A model generated the notes under the pieces. The model ran no database searches. It saw only the letters and a list, made by a program, of their open reading frames with translations, and was not told the DNA's origin. Of a DNA stretch of 64,000 bases, positions 48,883 through 57,324 are shown piece by piece. The position numbers and the translations under genes are program-made. The stretch is from contig CAYOYV010000007.1 in NCBI GenBank assembly GCA_964408285.1, positions 3,681-67,680 on the forward strand. The letters run 5' to 3'. The stretch comes from an uncultured Nitrososphaerota archaeon (GTDB taxonomy: Archaea > Thermoproteota > EX4484-205 > JAAOZO01). How positions within the stretch are numbered: position 1 is the stretch's first letter; each line of letters starts with the position of its first letter.

Positions 48883-51161
48883 AGCAAAACGGTCTGGGCA
48901 CAATTGTCCTTCTCATCCTTCTTCTTTCATTGAATGCACAGAATCAGAGAATTTCTGGAGATGAGGTAGCTGCAATCACCCTCAAGGGAACCTCTTCCTA
49001 TTCAACTCAACTTGATGCGAGAACTGGTAAGGAGATCTCGTCCTTCTCCTATTCATTGCAGGTCGATAATGGAGGCGATTCTCCGACTTCAGCTGCAGTC
49101 AGGCTTGTTTTCCATGATGTAGAGGCTGATTCCGTGCAGACGTTTTCCCCTGCGATTCGATTAGTCAAGTCAATCGACCTCGGGAGATTTGTGGAATGTA
49201 CATTCAACGTTACGGCCCCCCCTGGAAGATCGACATTCGAGATCTCTGCTAAACCTCGTGCTATGCCTTTTCTGGCAAGTCAGAGCTTGATTGTCAACGG
49301 AGAACCCGCGAACGTGACTGTGATGGGCCCTTATAGATATGTTTCGATTAATGCGGGGGACCTCCTCATTTGGAAAGTGAAGGTGACAAATCAGTTCTGG
49401 AACACAAGATCAATGTCTGTTAGGCTTCAGATGCCGTTGTTGTTGTCTCTGTCTTTGGACACAACGTATTTCGAAATTGTCAGCATGAATCCAGCACCAA
49501 ACTCAACAAAGGAAGGAAAGGAGAACCAATGGAATCTGATGCTTGAGGATTCCGCTGAGATAGAACTCAAGATAAAAGTGACTAAGCTATCTGAATGGGG
49601 GATCGCGAAGCTCTCACCTTTCATAATCTCGTACTCCTCCGAGACACTAGTCAGCTTCTTGGAAATGATGAAGGGACGGGCATCTAGCCTAAGGGCGAGT
49701 GCAGATCTGTTGGAGACGGTTCTGAAATCTGCCAACTCCTCAATTGGCCTTGTGGGAGGCATCGCGGATCAGTTGGACATAGCAAGTAATGCGATGGTTG
49801 CATCTGGGGTTGCAACGGCTGAAGTGGGAAATGCCCTATTGATGATTGCCCAACAAGCCAATGGAACAGCAAGCGCCATAGGAGCATTTCTCCCTCAACT
49901 GGATTTGCTGCTGCAGCTTACCTCATCAGAGAACCTGAGCGCAATCATATCCCAGGCCAAGTCCAACATAGATTCAACAATAGCCACATTACAGAATCTC
50001 CAGAACACCCTTTCGGCTCAAGCCGGGGTTCTGCTTCAGCTCAACACCACACTGAACACATTGCTAAACCAGACTTCCAATCCTGAACAGAGGAGCCTAA
50101 TACTGTCCAGCATTGCCATGACGGAGTCAGTCTACGATGGCATTTCTGGAAGCATTCCATTGATCCAGGATGCGATTGCCTCGCTGGATGAGATGAAGAC
50201 TATCTTGGATCAGATCGATCTCTCAGAGGTGCATGGTGCTCTTTTGAATTACTCCATTTCGGTAAACCAGCTCTACTCTGGCATGAAGGGCATGTCCAGC
50301 GCCCTATCTGAGGTTGGCGGCACAATGCTGTCCGTTGCTAGGACAGGTTTTGACCAGTTCAGGTATCTGTCGAATCTTTCAGCACTCCTTAGGGAGTCCA
50401 CTAATGCGACAGCTGACTCAATGACAGAACTCGACAACAGTGCTAGCGAGGCAAGGGCCGCTGCAGATAGACTTGATTCGGACATAAGAAACGCCGAGCT
50501 GGAAAAGGAAAGGCTCTCATACCTTTCTCCAGAGACAGCAACCAAAAGAAATGAGCCTTTGAAGCTCCTGGTTACGGAGGATGATACCCTGAATCATTTC
50601 CTGAAATCAGTCTCGAACGAGTCAACATTCGTGAAGTACTTGGCTTTCAATTCGACCTCTGCCCTAGAGATCTGGAACCTTACGGGAGGCAATCCGGTGA
50701 AAGTCACCGATTTGTCATCCCTGGGGATCTGGAGAAGCGATGGCTCTTTCTACATTCCCATCTTCTCCAGCTTGGATGTCAACGAAGTCGGATTTGACTG
50801 GTCAGGGAGATTCCCGATGAAACTCGTATTGGCAGAGGGATACGAGGTGACGATCTACTACAGGAATGGGCTCGGGAATCAGACGGAGCTCTTCGTCGCC
50901 ACATTGCTTCAGCCAGACTTTGCGACCGAAGTCAGTCCAGCTTCCATCATACCAACTGAACCCGAGAAGCCGCCAACAGGAGAATCGCGATTGCTCAGCC
51001 CCCAGGCGCTTACAATAGCAAGCTATGTCGTCCTGGCAGCTGCGATTGTAGCCATTTACTTCTGGAACTCGAGAAAGAAACGCTCAATAGCCCGCGAGCA
51101 GGAACGATTGAAGAGGATTGAAGAGAGGAGAAAGCTCAGAGCTGATTCGGAGAGTGGATGA
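48879..51161 (+). CDS. extracytoplasmic coiled-coil protein with C-terminal TM anchor, FtsEX-associated
   Basis: 760-aa ORF. A signal peptide precedes two β-rich domains and ~300 aa of Ala/Ser/Leu-rich helical heptads. A further β domain follows, ending in TM 'ALTIASYVVLAAAIVAIYFW' and a basic tail. An ATGA overlap joins it to the ATPase gene. Confidence 0.5.
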   Translation: MKQNGLGTIVLLILLLSLNAQNQRISGDEVAAITLKGTSSYSTQLDARTGKEISSFSYSLQVDNGGDSPTSAAVRLVFHDVEADSVQTFSPAIRLVKSIDLGRFVECTFNVTAPPGRSTFEISAKPRAMPFLASQSLIVNGEPANVTVMGPYRYVSINAGDLLIWKVKVTNQFWNTRSMSVRLQMPLLLSLSLDTTYFEIVSMNPAPNSTKEGKENQWNLMLEDSAEIELKIKVTKLSEWGIAKLSPFIISYSSETLVSFLEMMKGRASSLRASADLLETVLKSANSSIGLVGGIADQLDIASNAMVASGVATAEVGNALLMIAQQANGTASAIGAFLPQLDLLLQLTSSENLSAIISQAKSNIDSTIATLQNLQNTLSAQAGVLLQLNTTLNTLLNQTSNPEQRSLILSSIAMTESVYDGISGSIPLIQDAIASLDEMKTILDQIDLSEVHGALLNYSISVNQLYSGMKGMSSALSEVGGTMLSVARTGFDQFRYLSNLSALLRESTNATADSMTELDNSASEARAAADRLDSDIRNAELEKERLSYLSPETATKRNEPLKLLVTEDDTLNHFLKSVSNESTFVKYLAFNSTSALEIWNLTGGNPVKVTDLSSLGIWRSDGSFYIPIFSSLDVNEVGFDWSGRFPMKLVLAEGYEVTIYYRNGLGNQTELFVATLLQPDFATEVSPASIIPTEPEKPPTGESRLLSPQALTIASYVVLAAAIVAIYFWNSRKKRSIAREQERLKRIEERRKLRADSESG

Positions 51162-51299
51162 AAGAGCCGCTCCACCGAAGCGAGAGTGGGAAGGCACATG
51201 CAGATATTCTTCCTTTATGTCATCAGACGACCAATGCTCTTGGATGTTGATTCGGGCCCCCTTGTGCAACGGGGATCTCCCCAGCAATTCCCTAGTCAC

Positions 51300-51749
51300 T
51301 CAACCGAATATCTTTGGTAACAAGAATCCCACTTCTTCCGCGTAGTTCTCCCATTGCTTTCCGAACTTCCTCTTCAATAGCTCATCCTCGACCCTCGCCC
51401 TGTAAATCGCAGATGGAACCGAAAGGAGCAACGTGAACGCAGAGGCGATGAGGCTGCCGAGCATCAGATCTATGCCCAACACAATCACTATGAAACTGAG
51501 ATAGAGGGGATGCCTGCAGAACCTATATGGCCCTTCGGTCACAAGGTGGTCAAGGTTGGGCTCAGTGTCCCCAAAGAAGCCTTTCCTGAGGTATAACAAT
51601 ACATAGCCACACGCGACGAATCCGAGGACTAGGATCGCCTCTCCGATTCCCTTTGGAACCGATAAGGTGTTTCTGGAGTATATCCCGATGAATAGGTTGA
51701 CGGAAAACGTGATAACCATTACCAATGAAGGCAGATCAACTTTCGGCAT
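51300..51749 (-). CDS. isoprenylcysteine carboxyl methyltransferase (ICMT)/phospholipid methyltransferase family membrane protein
   Basis: The C-terminal motif is 'GPYRFCRHPLYLSFIV...E'. Confidence 0.6.
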   Translation of the reverse strand: MPKVDLPSLVMVITFSVNLFIGIYSRNTLSVPKGIGEAILVLGFVACGYVLLYLRKGFFGDTEPNLDHLVTEGPYRFCRHPLYLSFIVIVLGIDLMLGSLIASAFTLLLSVPSAIYRARVEDELLKRKFGKQWENYAEEVGFLLPKIFG

Positions 51750-51807
51750 GAACTAGACACCCCCTCTTCCCATTAAGAAAGAGAACAAGTTAATCTTCTT
51801 TCCCGAT

Positions 51808-53022
51808 TTATCTCCCTTCACCCGGATTCCCTCGCCGTTTCGTGGTTTCTTTGAGGGGAGTCATCACGCCGCCAGCAGTTCTCTCCGTAAGGGGAACCAT
51901 CCTCGTACATTCCTTCACCTTGACCTCTCTATCCGCGATAAAATGTCCTGTTCGAAAGGCTTCGCAATGAATCCTATCCAGAAGGCCCCCCTTCACCTTC
52001 TCGAAGAAGAGAAGCTTGACCGTTGGCTCTGGGTCTTCTGCATAATCCCAAATACCCATTATTGATCCATCTACCAAGATAGTCGATGTGGCATTTCCGG
52101 CAAAATCGAAGATGTTGTTCCAATGTTTCGTGGGGACGTACCTTCTCCTATCCTTGTAACCCATGACATAGGGATCAAGGTATGGCAGCATGTTGATTGT
52201 TCCTGCTCCTTGGAGATTCCTCGAATCCAGAAGACACGCATCACTGCTCGTTGCGAAATGGGTTGAACCAAGTCCTGCGATCTTCCAACTTGCCAGTTCA
52301 CCTTCCAAGCTTCGTAGGACACTCCTAACCTCTGATCTGGGGAAACCCGTCCACCAACAGATGTCGTTCTCGGTCGTCGGACCGTACGAGGCTATATATC
52401 TCTCTACGAGCATTGCCCTTGCCTCATCCTGACTGTAGGCGTCAAGGTTGATGTCAGGGAAGTACTGATCGAAACGATGATATCTGTACAGATTGCTCCT
52501 CCAACCCTTTTCAGTCTCCCCTCGGATGAGCAATCCCTTGTCGCACATAAGATTCAGTATAGCTGAGACATTCAGCCTTCCGCCAAGCGCTTTCTTCACT
52601 TCGGAGGTGGTCATCCCCTGGCGCTTCAAAAGAACCAGGATGACCCTTGCTGTCTTCTCGTATTGGCTTTCAGATATCCCGAGATACTTGGCGAATTGCC
52701 TAGAAGCGATCTCGGAGGTTCCCCTCGTTGCTGCAAACGCAAGAGGGATGAGCAGCTTGGTCAGAACAAAAACGGTTTTCCTCATGCACCTGATTCTTCC
52801 AAGCCTCTTTCGCATATACAATTCCCTCTCTAGGCCCTCCTTGTGGAATTCCCTAGATCTTGCCAATAGTGACAGGTATGGTGTAGTCGGGCTTGTAGAA
52901 TGAAGGCCTAGAATGTCCTCCACTGTTTCAACGATGTTGTTGGTTTTGGAGCTCTGAAGCAAGTGTTGCTTGTTCAGAAGTAACATATTGATCCTTTCGA
53001 ATTCTCGTGTTGCGGCCATCAA
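51808..53022 (-). CDS. winged-helix DUF1006 protein (YcaQ/AlkZ-like putative DNA glycosylase)
   Basis: 'NMLPYLDPYVMGYKDRRRY...ILVDGSIMGIWD' matches the YcaQ-family C-terminal pattern (LLPxFD...R.R...vL.gG...G.W). Confidence 0.5.
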   Translation of the reverse strand: MMAATREFERINMLLLNKQHLLQSSKTNNIVETVEDILGLHSTSPTTPYLSLLARSREFHKEGLERELYMRKRLGRIRCMRKTVFVLTKLLIPLAFAATRGTSEIASRQFAKYLGISESQYEKTARVILVLLKRQGMTTSEVKKALGGRLNVSAILNLMCDKGLLIRGETEKGWRSNLYRYHRFDQYFPDINLDAYSQDEARAMLVERYIASYGPTTENDICWWTGFPRSEVRSVLRSLEGELASWKIAGLGSTHFATSSDACLLDSRNLQGAGTINMLPYLDPYVMGYKDRRRYVPTKHWNNIFDFAGNATSTILVDGSIMGIWDYAEDPEPTVKLLFFEKVKGGLLDRIHCEAFRTGHFIADREVKVKECTRMVPLTERTAGGVMTPLKETTKRRGNPGEGR

Positions 53023-53047
53023 TTGCCACCATAATCGTAGGTTCTCA

Positions 53048-53842
53048 CTACTTCGCTCGGCTGCAAGCCTCTATGAACCCCGGGGAATCGGTCGAAAAGG
53101 CGTATTTCATCTCAATTTCATGTGCGAACATTCTTGTGATGAGAAGGTCGTCCAAGGTCTCGTGACTCTCGACGGCCGTCGTGCAATCCCTGATCAGAAT
53201 CGGATTGTAGCCCCTTTCGGACATCGCCCTCATGCCGTAGTCCCTGTGCTGAAGGCACATGTTGGTCGCGAAGCCCACGTAGAACAGATGAAGTAGCTGA
53301 AGCTTCTTGAGGATCTTGTGCAGATGGCTTCCCGAAATGACAACATAGTCATCCGGCTTCGGCGCAACTGGTTCGGCGATCATCATGGTTTCGTATTCGC
53401 CTTTCCACGTCTCACGAGGGGGAGAGAAAACGCGTTTGAGAGAGGAATAGGTTCCCTCCCTTTCCACGAATTCCTTTGGAGGCCATTCAGCATCGACTGA
53501 TGCGTATGTTGGCCCCTTCTCCTCGTCACCTGGCTCGAAAAGCCTCTTTGACTGGGGATATCTTCCAGCCACGTTTGAAGATGGAGCGTGGATGATTGCC
53601 ATCCCCGCCTTCCTGGCAGCTTCAACAACTGGAACGATCTTGTTTTCTATTATGGCTTTGGACCTTGACATATAGCTCGTGCAATAGTGCTTGTTCCAGC
53701 AATCCACGAGTACTAGGGCGGACTCCCCAACTGGAATCTCGATCATTCGCTCGACATAGTGAAAGTCCCTTTCGCTGCATCCGTAGGGTTTGTCCTCGAG
53801 ATACAACCTGTAGAATCTTGCTGGAATCCTTAGGCTTACCAT
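53048..53842 (-). CDS. isochorismatase-family cysteine hydrolase
   Basis: 'SALVLVDCWNKHY' carries the catalytic Asp, K lies further along, and 'FVGFATNMCLQ' carries the catalytic Cys. Confidence 0.7.
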   Translation of the reverse strand: MVSLRIPARFYRLYLEDKPYGCSERDFHYVERMIEIPVGESALVLVDCWNKHYCTSYMSRSKAIIENKIVPVVEAARKAGMAIIHAPSSNVAGRYPQSKRLFEPGDEEKGPTYASVDAEWPPKEFVEREGTYSSLKRVFSPPRETWKGEYETMMIAEPVAPKPDDYVVISGSHLHKILKKLQLLHLFYVGFATNMCLQHRDYGMRAMSERGYNPILIRDCTTAVESHETLDDLLITRMFAHEIEMKYAFSTDSPGFIEACSRAK

Positions 53843-54140
53843 GTAGAAACAGGGTTCAATACATTAAAAAAACATTGGGTCCATGTGAGTGGAACCCAAC
53901 CGCACAAGATGTGCCCCGGTTCATTGGCCGGAGCCATTCTGTCGGCTATTGTGATCTCTCCTTTGAAACTGTCATTTGAAGAAAGTCGTGGCCCTGTACT
54001 TGAATGAAACGCCATTTATGTCCGCCCTCATGTCCTTCGCCATCTCCTCCCAGTCTATTGTCTTTTTTAGTTCCGCCTTTTTCCATATTGCCATTCCACA
54101 TCACCTAATGAACTCCTTTCCTCTGATTGTATTTAATGGC

Positions 54141-54171
54141 AGCTCACGAAGGAAGCTCACGATATGTGAGC
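54141..54171. promoter_or_regulatory. operator-like element: direct repeat AGCTCACGA ×2 overlapping inverted repeat GCTCAC-gatat-GTGAGC
   Basis: It lies 80-110 nt upstream of the URO-D-like gene, in a 408-nt divergent intergenic region. Confidence 0.35.
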
Positions 54172-54251
54172 ACAACAGATATTCATCCGGGCATGTGACA
54201 GAATCGCCGTCCAACACAACAAATAAATCGAGTCCAGACCTACATTTCTAG

Positions 54252-55400
54252 ATGGAGCCATTCGACATAGGACACTACGTTCACCTGATCGAGGAAAGCG
54301 AGCGAAGGATATCGGCAGCCGAGGATTTCAAGGAGGCTGACAGAATTCCTGTAACCATGGGACTTGGAGGGCCATACTATGCTTGGCTCTTTGGGCGCAC
54401 CTTGGCACAGTACTACAATGACCTCGGAACCATGTTGGACAGCCAGATAAAGGGCATCAAATGGAGGCTCTCCTCCTTGGGCGATGACGTGGCTGGGGTT
54501 GGAGCATGGTTCGATGTTGGATCGATCTCCGAGGGGCTAGTCTTTGAATGCCAGATCAGAATGCCAGACGAGACAAATCCTTGGATGAGCCCGTGGATAA
54601 TCCCGCGCGTCAAGACACTAGAGGATATTGACCGATTGGAAATCCCCGACCCAAGTTCGAACAAGCAGGTGAGGAACCACTACGCGAGGTTGCAGAGGTT
54701 CAGGGAATTGGTCAAAGAAAATTATAGGGACATCCCCGCGTCAGGAGGACTTCAGATTCATCCGCCGATTTCGGCCGCTGGATCGCTACTCGGACCCGAG
54801 AAGCTTTACTCTTGGATCTACAGATATCCCAATGAGATGCACAAGCTATTCAGAAAGCTGGTCCACGCTTTCAAGGTCATGAGGAATTTCGATTGTGAAA
54901 TGACCGGTGCAGAGCATGATTCACTGCATCTGTCTGATGATCATGCAGGATATCTCGACAGGGAGCAGTATCAGAGGTTCGCACTGCCGTACAATCTAGA
55001 ACTCTATCAACTTTATGGCTCAAGGCAACGAGGCCTCCACATGGATTCCCACATGGATCACATAACTGATATTGTAAGGGACGTCTACAAGGTGAAGTAT
55101 GCAGATGTCGGCGTGGAAAATGATATCAGAACAATAGCCCTGGCATTCAAGGGGAAAATCGTCTTCAATGGCAATGCCAACTGGAGGGTCTTGGTGAACG
55201 GTTCTCCAGAATCGATAGAGAAGGAGGTGGAGAAGTGCGTTTTCCATTCGGCGCGTGGAGGGGGATACATTTTCGACAATGGCGGGGAGACCTACATCGG
55301 AGTATCTCCAGAGAAACTGAAGTATGAGGTAAGCTACGCAAAGAAAGTGGGTCAGTATCCCATCAAGCTTGATCGTTTTAGACACATACCGAAACAATGA
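54252..55400 (+). CDS. uroporphyrinogen-decarboxylase (URO-D)-like family protein
   Basis: 382-aa ORF whose overall pattern resembles the URO-D/MtaA TIM barrel. No strict signature is present. Confidence 0.4.
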   Translation: MEPFDIGHYVHLIEESERRISAAEDFKEADRIPVTMGLGGPYYAWLFGRTLAQYYNDLGTMLDSQIKGIKWRLSSLGDDVAGVGAWFDVGSISEGLVFECQIRMPDETNPWMSPWIIPRVKTLEDIDRLEIPDPSSNKQVRNHYARLQRFRELVKENYRDIPASGGLQIHPPISAAGSLLGPEKLYSWIYRYPNEMHKLFRKLVHAFKVMRNFDCEMTGAEHDSLHLSDDHAGYLDREQYQRFALPYNLELYQLYGSRQRGLHMDSHMDHITDIVRDVYKVKYADVGVENDIRTIALAFKGKIVFNGNANWRVLVNGSPESIEKEVEKCVFHSARGGGYIFDNGGETYIGVSPEKLKYEVSYAKKVGQYPIKLDRFRHIPKQ

Positions 55401-55753
55401 AGAAGAACCCCGCTGTGATGCCGAATAGCCGTATACACTGAGCTGTTCAGCAAGAGATTGGCTGTATTCCCTTGAGGGATTCCATTGTTCCACATCCTGA
55501 GCGTTGTCATTTGATGCGTGTCCATTAGGTGACGAGAAGAGGGCGATTAGGAGCCACCTATGCGATTCTTGGGACCTACATGTCGATCGGCAGCTTCCTC
55601 CCCTGCTTTCAAAACACGAGAAATGGATGAAATTGACGACTATCCTGAGAGAATCCCGCGCACAACTGCGTCCGCACTGCACTAGAATAGTATGTACATA
55701 AAGCATTTGACAAAGCGATATTAGGGGACAATCAGCAGCACAATAGAGACTGA

Positions 55754-57295
55754 ATGCTCTGGAGTAAAACTCCAGAACGGCGGAAGGTGGCAGAGATATT
55801 CGAGATTCTAAAGGAGAAGGATCCGGGCAAACGGCTTGATGGGATTCCTCCGCTCGTCGGATTAGGCTCCCGTTCTCCGGAGCTTCTGCCTGAACTAGTG
55901 GATGACGAGAACATGTATATCAGAACCTCAGCAGCCTTTGCAATGTCCAATGTTATTAGAAATATTCCAGAGCTTCGACACGATTTGGCTGGTCATGCAT
56001 TCGAAATGCTGAAACATGAGGATTATGTCATTAGAACATATGCCGCGTCGCTTCTCGGGACGGCGGCTTCCGTTTCTCCAGAGTCCGTAGTCGACATTGT
56101 TCCAAGGTTGGCAAATTTGGTCGGAGAAGGCGGGCCACAGGGTTACTTCGCGTGCTTGGCGGCGGGCGAGATAGCGCTCAGGTGTCCCACACTGGTTGAG
56201 CCGATCATGCCAAAGATGATGGGATTCATGTTACTTGGAGAGAAGCCAACATGTGAGAGGTCCCTCATAGCACTGGAGAGAATCAGCCGTAAGGCCCCCA
56301 TTCTTCTCCACAAATTCGTTCCTGAGCTCATGGCCTGCATCAAGAAAACCAAAGAACCATCAATGGGATTGGAGGCGGCCGTGATGCTTGCGCGCGTTTC
56401 CATTTCGTCTTCCGATGTGCGCAGAAAATCAGTATGGCCTCTTGCCAGCCGATTGATGGGAGATGAGAGCGTAATTGCTCGCGCGGCTTCAGTCTATCTG
56501 ATGGGCGAAATCGGACTCAGAGAACCAGAACTCGTGATGGACGCAATATCCCAAGTTCCAAGCTTCCTGCAAGACAACGCGGCAGTCCGTTCGTTACTGG
56601 CCATAGCAATTGGCAGGATCGGATCCAGATTGCCAGTGATGGCTGAAAACGCAATGCCTTCGATCATGCGCCTCATCGACGATTCGGACCTATTGACCAG
56701 AGCAGCAGCTGCCGTGAGCCTCAGATACATAGCAATGAGTTACCCTGAGGTGCTGAAGGAGGCCCTGCCGAGTATCGGCGCCCTGCTCGAGGACAGCGAC
56801 CCAACCAAACGCGGCATTGCAGCAATCGGCGTCAGGTTAGTTGCGTCTGTGTCAACTGAATTCAATGGTGAGGTCATGGATCGGGCTTTGGATCTGATTG
56901 CTGAGAGAGATGTTGAAGCGAGGAGGCGCACGGCAGTTGCCTTTCGCATGATCTCCAGATGCTATCATCCAGAAGTCGATGACGGGATTATTACGGACAT
57001 CACTGAACTCTTGGACGATGACGATTCAACGGTCAGGGACAATGGGCTATTGGCAATAAGGGACATCATATCGAGCTATCCTGATCTTGCAAAGGAGTGG
57101 GCTCCTCGCGTGGCCATGATGTTCAACGACAGGGACAGCACAGTTCGGGCGGAAGCAGCATACGTCATCGGCGAAGTTGCCATAAGCGACCCAATACTTG
57201 CAAAGCATGTCGCACTACCAGGCATAATCCGATTACTAGACGATGAGCCGAGCGTGTCCAGCAACGCAGCATTCAGCCTAGGCAGAATAATGTAG
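55754..57295 (+). CDS. HEAT/PBS-lyase-like repeat protein
   Basis: About 12 degenerate ~31-aa repeats of the form '...VRxxAAxALGxIG...'. Confidence 0.7.
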   Translation: MLWSKTPERRKVAEIFEILKEKDPGKRLDGIPPLVGLGSRSPELLPELVDDENMYIRTSAAFAMSNVIRNIPELRHDLAGHAFEMLKHEDYVIRTYAASLLGTAASVSPESVVDIVPRLANLVGEGGPQGYFACLAAGEIALRCPTLVEPIMPKMMGFMLLGEKPTCERSLIALERISRKAPILLHKFVPELMACIKKTKEPSMGLEAAVMLARVSISSSDVRRKSVWPLASRLMGDESVIARAASVYLMGEIGLREPELVMDAISQVPSFLQDNAAVRSLLAIAIGRIGSRLPVMAENAMPSIMRLIDDSDLLTRAAAAVSLRYIAMSYPEVLKEALPSIGALLEDSDPTKRGIAAIGVRLVASVSTEFNGEVMDRALDLIAERDVEARRRTAVAFRMISRCYHPEVDDGIITDITELLDDDDSTVRDNGLLAIRDIISSYPDLAKEWAPRVAMMFNDRDSTVRAEAAYVIGEVAISDPILAKHVALPGIIRLLDDEPSVSSNAAFSLGRIM

Positions 57296-57324
57296 TTGGT
57301 GCTGGTTCATTCAATTTGACTGGT

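Noticed and set aside
53976-54251. 91-aa ORF in the divergent intergenic region, ending exactly at the start of the URO-D-like gene
   Set aside because: It has AT-rich, low-complexity composition (Ser/Phe-rich) and lies in a region carrying promoter or operator signals. It more likely reflects chance openness of a regulatory spacer.
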